A stretch of 64,000 nucleotides of DNA from positions 77,592 through 141,591 of the forward strand of contig JALHOP010000007.1 of NCBI GenBank assembly GCA_022842935.1, written 5' to 3'. Below the pieces are notes generated by a model, which saw only the letters and a program-made list of their open reading frames with translations, searched no databases and was not told the DNA's origin. This DNA comes from Myxococcota bacterium. GTDB taxonomy: Bacteria > Myxococcota > XYA12-FULL-58-9 > JALHOP01. Positions 57,300 to 64,000 of the stretch are shown here, piece by piece. Made by a program: the position numbers and the translations under genes. Every line of letters starts with the position of its first letter. Position 1 is the first letter of the stretch.

Positions 57300-57752
57300 T
57301 TAGTCGTCGTTGCCCGCAGAACCCGTGCTTGGGGCGCTAGATGCCCATGTTTTGATGAGCTGCTTGTCGGCATCCGAGAGCATTGCCGCTGTATGTAACG
57401 GAGTGTAGAGGCCCGGTGGCATCTCGCCCTCGGCAACCTCCTCGCCAATCTCGCGCTGAAGCTTCGATTGTGTTGCCACGGGCAGGGCCTCCCAGGTCGA
57501 GAAGTTCAGCGCGGCGCGTCCCTCTGCGACGTCGTAGTGCACCAACCAGGAGATGGGTGCGACGCGGCTATACCAGGGCCAGCTCGTTTCGTTGGAGTGG
57601 CAATCGTAACAAGCGCGCCTGAGTACCGCCTTGACCTCGGGCGTGGCCCGAATGTCGGCGGTCGCAGGGGCGTTCGTATGCTCGCAGGTCACCAGCTGGA
57701 TGGCTGCGAGCGTCGCGACTAATCCGAGTCCGATCTTCTTCGATACCTTCAT
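57300..57752 (-). CDS. haem-binding-domain protein (single CxxCH)
   Basis: Signal peptide. CYDCHS haem-c attachment motif, then WPWYSRVAPISWL, as in the small haem-binding domain family. Confidence 0.6.
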   Translation of the reverse strand: MKVSKKIGLGLVATLAAIQLVTCEHTNAPATADIRATPEVKAVLRRACYDCHSNETSWPWYSRVAPISWLVHYDVAEGRAALNFSTWEALPVATQSKLQREIGEEVAEGEMPPGLYTPLHTAAMLSDADKQLIKTWASSAPSTGSAGNDD

Positions 57753-57933
57753 GACGTGGGGTTCCTACAGCACGGCAGCGCCGAAGGCATCCACCACGTC
57801 TGCGACACCTACTGGTGTCGCAGTGCCGTAGAGCATCGCCGTTTTCGCCTGAATGTCATCGCTGTTGGCCTTTCAGAGACCGGCGGCGACCAGTTCGGCT
57901 CGCTCGCTTGAGCCGCAGGCCGCCCGTTTCGCC

Positions 57934-60900
57934 TCACCCGGCGGTCGAAGAGCGGCTTCCACGCGCGAGCTGCAAGAAGACAGCCAGCACAACGAGCAAC
58001 GCGAAACCATCAACTGCGATTGCAGCGCATCCACCGCGAACATCCTCGACACCATTGAATGTGTTGTCCGCTAAAGAGGTCGACTCGAAGTTGGTGAAGC
58101 GCGGCTCCGTGCACGCGCGAGCCTCGAGCTCTGCGCCTTCGAACCCCGAGGTGTCGAGAAATCCGTAGGCATGGCGGGTGAGAACAATCTGCGTTGTTCT
58201 CCCTGCGCCGTCGTTATCGTTCACCGCAAGATCAAAGCCGAAGCGGTGACCCACGGATGGGGGGCCACCGAGGGCCGCCCAGGGAACCACGTAATTGATC
58301 GCGTAGCCCGTTGTGGTGCGTTCGGCTTTCGTGACCGTGCCACTCGGCGCGCCCCGCACTCCACCGATTGCGCCGTCGACGCCAACCGTGATCTGCCAAT
58401 CGTCCGATCCGTAGGACGTCGCGCGATCGCCATCCCCGTCGAGATAGAGCTCGACACTGTCTCTTTCGTAAACCTCGCGAGCGTCGGCTTCGATGCGCTC
58501 GTCTGTGACACCAACGCGAACGTAGAGCGCTTCGGTGTCCCAGGCGACCATCGCCTTCGCCGAAAGGTCGGCACTCGTGGCGGGTGGCTCGGTCAAGCCC
58601 AAAGCCGGTTCGATCACGGCCTGTTCCGGTCCGAGCGCAATCACATCCGCTTGCGACCATGGATCGGCATCGGCGCAGCTACCGCTTGGTGCGGGTTCGA
58701 GCGAACAGGGGCGGATCGTCGCGCTGGTACCAGCGCATGAACAGTCCGCAGCACAACTGTCGCACGTCTCGCTTGCCGAACAGGCGCCATCACCGCACGC
58801 TTGCGCTCCGTCACAGTCGCCACACGTGCTCGCTTCGAAGAACACGTCGCAGACACCGTCTCCGCAATGAGGAAAGACCGATGCATCGAAGCGACCACGC
58901 TCGTAGTAGCCCACGTTCAATGTGCCGTCGACCCATGCCACATTGTCGTCGACCAAGGTGGCGCGCATGTGATGGCTATCGGGGTACATCGCTTCGTTGG
59001 CGAGCAATAGATTGTCCCCGCCAGTAATGCGGAACAGATCGAAGTCGCCACGGCGTGACGCATTGCACGTCACGCCAAAGTCGAACTGACAGTGTCCAGA
59101 GACACCCGAGTGCATGAAGTTCCTGGTGTTGGAAACCATCAGGTACGCCAGGCGCACCTCCGTCTTGTTGCCGCCGATGAAGCGGATATTCTGCGCGTTG
59201 CGCACCTCCATCATCGGTGCGTTCGAGTACTCCATGTTGCTCGCGTAGAACGTCAGAGGCGCGCTGGTTCCATCAATCAACACAGTTCGATGGTCAGGAT
59301 GTTCTGAGGCCCCGTCATACTGCTGAAAGAGCTGGAGGCCGTAGAACCGTCCCCCTCCGTGTCCGCTAAAGCGAGATATGGCGCGGTTGACACCACGACG
59401 GTCCGGAGTCCACGGCAGATCGGCATAGAGCTCCGATACGACGGATGCTGGCCCAGCACGCCAGTCGAGCGCCGGACGCGCCGCATCCCCGTCGAGAAGA
59501 AGCTGCAGGTCGGACACAAAGATGGTCGCATCTGCGTCATCGACGGTGCGAAGCATGGGCTCGCCGCTCGTAAACCCATAGGTGACGAGGCGGGAGCGCC
59601 CCGTCGGGACGCCGAAGACGCGGGTGTTGCTGCGAAGCACGATGGTGCGCGAAATCCGGTAGTCACCGCGTGGCATGAACACATAGCCGCCGGCATCGAA
59701 GGCGCGCTGCAGCGCATCACTATCGTCGGTGGTGCCATCTCCCCTGGCTCCCAGACTCAGCACGTTGACAACACCTGGGGCGTCGAAGGCGGGGAGCATG
59801 GGAAGCTCGTGACGGAGTCGCAAGTCCGCGGGAGCAGAGTCCGTGCCTTCGAGCTCGACGTAGGGCGCGTCAAGCAGACGGCCGTTTGCATACGACGCAT
59901 TGGCAACGTCACCGCGCGACCACGGATCGCCGTAGGCGTAGCGTGTGATATGCGTCCATTCTGAGCCGGCGGCGCGGCCAACGACGTGTGAGCCGCTCTG
60001 CACCAGGGGACCCGAGCCGCCGCCCATCCAGACGTCCTGCAGGAAGAGCGAGCGCCCAGCACTCTCGTTCGCCGCGTTCGCTACGAGTGGTGCGCCGCCG
60101 CCCCGCACGTGAATGCGACTATCGACAACCGTGAGCTGGCTGGTTTGCGGTCCAGAGATAGTGCCAGAACGGTCGATGACGATTGCAGGTCCCGTCGCTT
60201 TCTCGATCTCAACGCCGACCAGCGTTGCCGGGCTGTACGCGCTCACGACAACCGCGGCTTCGGTTTGGTCGGTCAGGCGAGCACCGGCAATCGTCTCCGA
60301 GCCAAGCTCCAGGATGATCCCGAACCGTCCACCCACGACATCAAGACCAACGCTCACGCGCGTCTGCACAACACCCTGAAAACCCGCGAAGCCACCGTTT
60401 GCAACAACGCGAACATTCTGGACCGAGCTCCATTGCGCGAGCGGCGCTCGCACTCCGACCGCCCCCGGATTCCCCGACCCGAGGTGAACTTCGAGGTTAC
60501 GCAGATGGATCCCCATGCCGCAGTCGAACTGGCCCCACCAGCCGGGCTCGTAGCCATACCCAGGACCGTTGCTATACATGTGAATGACGCCGCGCGGATT
60601 GTTCGGGTCGCCAAAGCCGGGAGCACCATCAGCCAACCGAATGATCGGCCGTGGGCCACTCGACGGTCCGACGAGCGACGGCGCTTTGCGCATGACCCAA
60701 CCGGTGCCGTAGTCGATGTTTGCTTCCCCGGCGATGGGGCGCCCGAAGTGGTCGGCGCACGCCCATAACTGGTAGCGCTGGACGCCCACGAGTGAGCCGC
60801 TCACGAGGTACGTTCCGGCGGGCACATAGGCGATGAGCCCCGACTCGCGCGCCGCGAGAATCGCAGCGTTGATCGCGTCGGTCGAATCGGTCTGCCCCGA

Positions 60901-61095
60901 CGGATCGGCGTTGAAGAACGTGACGGGAAGATATCCCGCGCGAATGAGCGGGTCGTCTTGTCTTCCGAGCTGAACGACACGCGCCGGAAGTGGCGGCAGC
61001 GCGCGTGCGGCAGCGGGCAAGAACAGTCCGAGCAAAGCGACGACGACGATGGCGCGATGGTTCATGAGGGAGCTCATGAGCAATCGTTGCGCCAA
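57934..61095 (-). CDS. large secreted beta-helix protein with a Cys-rich module and a MYXO-CTERM-like C-terminal sorting tail
   Basis: Signal peptide. Long parallel beta-helix-like region. Cys-rich CGDGVCD...CGDCDGAQACGDGACS module. Ends RGGCAAIAVDGFALLVVLAVFLQLARGSR, i.e. a Gly-Cys motif, a hydrophobic helix and a basic tail. Confidence 0.6.
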   Translation of the reverse strand: MAQRLLMSSLMNHRAIVVVALLGLFLPAAARALPPLPARVVQLGRQDDPLIRAGYLPVTFFNADPSGQTDSTDAINAAILAARESGLIAYVPAGTYLVSGSLVGVQRYQLWACADHFGRPIAGEANIDYGTGWVMRKAPSLVGPSSGPRPIIRLADGAPGFGDPNNPRGVIHMYSNGPGYGYEPGWWGQFDCGMGIHLRNLEVHLGSGNPGAVGVRAPLAQWSSVQNVRVVANGGFAGFQGVVQTRVSVGLDVVGGRFGIILELGSETIAGARLTDQTEAAVVVSAYSPATLVGVEIEKATGPAIVIDRSGTISGPQTSQLTVVDSRIHVRGGGAPLVANAANESAGRSLFLQDVWMGGGSGPLVQSGSHVVGRAAGSEWTHITRYAYGDPWSRGDVANASYANGRLLDAPYVELEGTDSAPADLRLRHELPMLPAFDAPGVVNVLSLGARGDGTTDDSDALQRAFDAGGYVFMPRGDYRISRTIVLRSNTRVFGVPTGRSRLVTYGFTSGEPMLRTVDDADATIFVSDLQLLLDGDAARPALDWRAGPASVVSELYADLPWTPDRRGVNRAISRFSGHGGGRFYGLQLFQQYDGASEHPDHRTVLIDGTSAPLTFYASNMEYSNAPMMEVRNAQNIRFIGGNKTEVRLAYLMVSNTRNFMHSGVSGHCQFDFGVTCNASRRGDFDLFRITGGDNLLLANEAMYPDSHHMRATLVDDNVAWVDGTLNVGYYERGRFDASVFPHCGDGVCDVFFEASTCGDCDGAQACGDGACSASETCDSCAADCSCAGTSATIRPCSLEPAPSGSCADADPWSQADVIALGPEQAVIEPALGLTEPPATSADLSAKAMVAWDTEALYVRVGVTDERIEADAREVYERDSVELYLDGDGDRATSYGSDDWQITVGVDGAIGGVRGAPSGTVTKAERTTTGYAINYVVPWAALGGPPSVGHRFGFDLAVNDNDGAGRTTQIVLTRHAYGFLDTSGFEGAELEARACTEPRFTNFESTSLADNTFNGVEDVRGGCAAIAVDGFALLVVLAVFLQLARGSRSSTAG

Positions 61096-61257
61096 TACGA
61101 ATGTTCAACGATGGCAGCGGGTTACCACGCGACGACGGACCTTGCCTGGACCGAATCGTGACCACCTGCGCGTGTGGTGCGGCCCCCATGCGTGGAGTCG
61201 AAGCGACACGTCTTGGCTGCGTTGCCCAACTATGTCGGGTCGGGTCTCATTGCCCTC

Positions 61258-62601
61258 TCATTTGATGCGTTCGTAGAGACCGTGCTTGCGCAACAAGGCG
61301 CGCAGCAGGTGCCGCTCGAGTCTCGAAGCCCGCGAGGCACTCGAGAGATTGCCGTCGTGTGCGGTCATCAATGCCTCGAGGTAGGTCCGTTCAAAGTCAT
61401 CGAGCACGCGACGCCGTTCGTCGCGATAGCGCTGGCGGACGTCGATGTGGCCGGACGCAGATGGACTGTCGGGGCCCGGCTCCTGGTCGAAAGGCGATTG
61501 ATCGAAAGGCGAGCTGCCGAGCGCAAGCAAGCGGGTCACTGCGTTGCGCAGCTCCCGCACGTTGCCCGGCCAGGTGTGGCTGCTCATGCGGTCGAGGACG
61601 CTCGCGGGTAGCGCCGCGGAGTCTTTGTCGTAGTCCTTGGCAAAGCGGGCGGCGAGCATCGGGATGTCTTCTTTGCGTTCGCGTAGAGGCGGAACCTCGA
61701 TCTCGAGGACCGCCAATCGATAGTAGAGATCCTCGCGAAACGTTTTCTGCTGAACGGCGCGTGCCAGGTCGCGGTGTGTCGCTGCAACCACACGCACGTT
61801 GACGGTACGGACGGTGTTTTCCCCCAAGCGTTTGAGCTCCCCACTCTCGAGAACGCGCAACAGCCGCGCCTGTAGCTCGAGCGAAAGCTCGCCGATCTCG
61901 TCCATGAACACGGTGCCATGGTCAGCAAGCTCAAAGACGCCGGCGTGCTCGTCTTCAGCACCGGTAAAGGCGCCGCGTGCATGACCGAAAAGCGCATCAC
62001 TTGCGAGGTCCGGCGAGAGCGTCGAGCAGTCGAGGACGACGAACGGTCCGTCTCGGCGGACGCTGTTGCGATGGATGGCCCGGGCGACGAGCTCCTTGCC
62101 GGTACCGGTCTCGCCTTGCAACAAGGCCGGTGCCTCTGAGGGCTCGATACGCGTAAGCAGGGCGAAGAGTCGACGCATGGAGGCGCTCGCGCCAAGCAGC
62201 TCATCGTACCTGTCTCCACTATAGAGCGGCAGGCCGTCGCCACGGGACAGAGGTAGAAGCGCAAGGAGGCTGCGGCCAATGCGGAGCCGCGCTCCTGGCT
62301 GGAGCACTGCCCGCTCGATGCGTTGGTTGTCGATATAGGTGCCGTTGGTGCTCCCTAGATCTGTGGCAACGATTCCTGCGTTGGTGACGCGAAGCTCGAG
62401 GTGCTGGCGCGACAACAGCTTGTCCTCGAGCTGCAAGCGACAACTCGGCGCCTTGCCGACAATCGCGGTCCCTTTGCGCAATGTGATGTGCTTGCCCGCG
62501 TCACTAGGGGCGCCACCCGACACGTAGACGACACACCCAGGCAGGCTCGGACTTTGATTCGACCCGTCGAGCTCGGTCGAGCTCTCGCTCTCATCGACCA
62601 T
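61258..62601 (-). CDS. sigma-54-dependent transcriptional activator with N-terminal FHA domain
   Basis: FHA (ITLRKGTAIVGKAPSCRLQLEDKLLSRQHLEL...TDLGSTNGTYIDNQRI). AAA+ sigma-54 interaction domain (GETGTGKELVARAIH, GAFTGA). C-terminal HTH. Confidence 0.8.
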   Translation of the reverse strand: MVDESESSTELDGSNQSPSLPGCVVYVSGGAPSDAGKHITLRKGTAIVGKAPSCRLQLEDKLLSRQHLELRVTNAGIVATDLGSTNGTYIDNQRIERAVLQPGARLRIGRSLLALLPLSRGDGLPLYSGDRYDELLGASASMRRLFALLTRIEPSEAPALLQGETGTGKELVARAIHRNSVRRDGPFVVLDCSTLSPDLASDALFGHARGAFTGAEDEHAGVFELADHGTVFMDEIGELSLELQARLLRVLESGELKRLGENTVRTVNVRVVAATHRDLARAVQQKTFREDLYYRLAVLEIEVPPLRERKEDIPMLAARFAKDYDKDSAALPASVLDRMSSHTWPGNVRELRNAVTRLLALGSSPFDQSPFDQEPGPDSPSASGHIDVRQRYRDERRRVLDDFERTYLEALMTAHDGNLSSASRASRLERHLLRALLRKHGLYERIK

Positions 62602-62623
62602 GTTGCGCTACGTTGACACAAAC

Positions 62624-64000
62624 ATGACTGCCGGGCTGCTTGTCTTTGTCGTTGCTGCCGCCGGTCGTGTCGTCGTGTTGTGCGACGACGACGCAACGCT
62701 CAAGCGCGTTCGTGTGGCCCTCGATGCGGCGCCCCACGAGTCTACGATCGGGCCGTTTCGCGCGTGCCACGGGACTGCCTCGACAACGACTCTGCGCGAC
62801 AAGCTCGACCGTGCGCGGCAGTCACTCTACCGCATGAACTTCAAAGCTGCCGAGTCGGATCTGACGGCGCTGACGCATGAAGCCGAGCTCGTCGCGTTGC
62901 CTGCGGGCGACGATCTCCTTGCCGAAGCGCGCGTTCTACTCGTCTGGGCTGCTCTCGATGGGCGCGCGGAATCTCGAGCACGTGACTATGCCACGGCCCT
63001 GGTTCACATTCGCCCGGGTCTTCACCTGTCGCCGAACGTCTATCCTCCGCACCTCATTGCCTTCATCGAGGCGATCGACGCGCGCCAGCGGCATGAAGGC
63101 TCACTCGAAGTCACTACCTCGATTGCAGGGACACCGCTCGCCGTCGATGGGCTGACACGGTGCACGACACCTTGTGTGCTTCACGGGCTGTCTGCTGGAG
63201 CGCATCGGGTTACACTCACGCCAACCGGAGTGGCAGTCTACACCGGCATCGTGTTGGTCGGCGGCGCAGCGCGGCTCCACGTGGCGCTTGATCCCGATGG
63301 CCGAGACGCCTTGGTGGCAGCGCTCGCACGTAACGACATCGCGGCGATTCGTACTCTCGCGCCCGAGGCACGGGTCATCCTCGGACCTGGCGCGGTGGGA
63401 GGCACGACGGCGTGGGTAAGCGACGCCGACCGCGCCACCGCTATGACACTGTCGTTCTCCGAAGGCACCGACGCCGAGACTGTAGCGAGCGCCATTCGGG
63501 CGCGCCTCGAAGCAACACGCCCCGTTGACGACGAGGTCGTCCGGGCAAAACCAGCGATATCCACGCGCGACCACCCCTTGGCTTTGGAGCTCGCGCTGCT
63601 CGGCGTCGTGCCACTCACGGCACCACAAAGCGATGCCTTCTCGGGCGGTGCCATGCTGCTTGCCCGCCTTCGCGGAGCGCTATCGACCCGCTGGGCGCTC
63701 GAAGCGCAACTTGGCTATGTCGGTCTCGTCCCGAAGCACGACGCTCAGTTCGGCGGCGTCGGACAGCTTGCGGGCGGGGTACGGTTTGCCTTCGTACGCT
63801 GGCTCGTATTTTCGGCGCACGGCGGCGCGGCACTCACGGACGGCCACGTCCGCCCATGGTTTGATGCGTCGCTGGCCGCGCCGTTGGCCCTGGGCGGGCT
63901 TTCCCTGAGTCCTAGCCTGATGTACGCGCATGTGGTTGACCGGGGTAACACCCCGCTCGCCGGGGATGCGAAGCTGCTCGCGGTGGGGGTCGCACTGGCG
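62624..64000 (+). CDS. PEGA-domain protein, 3'-truncated at the window edge
   Basis: Manual translation of frame 2 from the ATG at 62624 stays open to the window end; it is absent from the ORF track because there is no stop. The PEGA pattern is present (TSIAGTPLAVDGLTRCTTPCVLHGLSAGAHRVTLT). Divergent from the sigma-54 activator. Confidence 0.5.
   Translation, partial: MTAGLLVFVVAAAGRVVVLCDDDATLKRVRVALDAAPHESTIGPFRACHGTASTTTLRDKLDRARQSLYRMNFKAAESDLTALTHEAELVALPAGDDLLAEARVLLVWAALDGRAESRARDYATALVHIRPGLHLSPNVYPPHLIAFIEAIDARQRHEGSLEVTTSIAGTPLAVDGLTRCTTPCVLHGLSAGAHRVTLTPTGVAVYTGIVLVGGAARLHVALDPDGRDALVAALARNDIAAIRTLAPEARVILGPGAVGGTTAWVSDADRATAMTLSFSEGTDAETVASAIRARLEATRPVDDEVVRAKPAISTRDHPLALELALLGVVPLTAPQSDAFSGGAMLLARLRGALSTRWALEAQLGYVGLVPKHDAQFGGVGQLAGGVRFAFVRWLVFSAHGGAALTDGHVRPWFDASLAAPLALGGLSLSPSLMYAHVVDRGNTPLAGDAKLLAVGVALA

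Overview
This 64 kb window is very GC-rich (roughly 68-70% by eye) and gene-dense, and looks like chromosomal DNA from a member of the Myxococcota. The signs are an abundance of lipoproteins, FHA-domain proteins, a sigma-54 activator, a PEGA-domain protein and a MYXO-CTERM-like tail on one secreted protein. Recognisable housekeeping and stress genes are dnaK, grpE, hrcA, clpX, a Ppx/GppA phosphatase, a PrkA-type kinase, a universal stress protein, BamD, an ECF sigma / anti-sigma operon, a HepT/MNT toxin-antitoxin pair, and TetR- and DtxR-type regulators. I saw no rRNA, tRNA, CRISPR array or transposase by eye. The most interesting region is about 10 kb on the plus strand (29.4-39.6 kb). It is a translationally coupled operon encoding an ER/archaeal-type S26 signal peptidase, a PqqD-like RiPP recognition element, a radical-SAM/SPASM maturase, a small ORF that the ORF track did not call (55 aa, three Cys, C-terminal Ser), an HprK-like P-loop kinase, a large C25 (gingipain-like) peptidase, a beta-helix lipoprotein and an Ig-repeat / C-type-lectin-like lipoprotein. 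An M4-like metalloprotease lies divergently upstream. I read this as a candidate new class of RiPP-like peptide-modification system that is physically fused to a secreted protease/adhesin module. A second curiosity is a 72-bp unit repeated three times in tandem at 19.74-19.93 kb, with a solitary copy of its hairpin core just after clpX; both loci sit beside paralogous 3' gene fragments. Coordinates come from the ORF track combined with my manual reading of starts, so expect start-codon uncertainty of a few codons in places.
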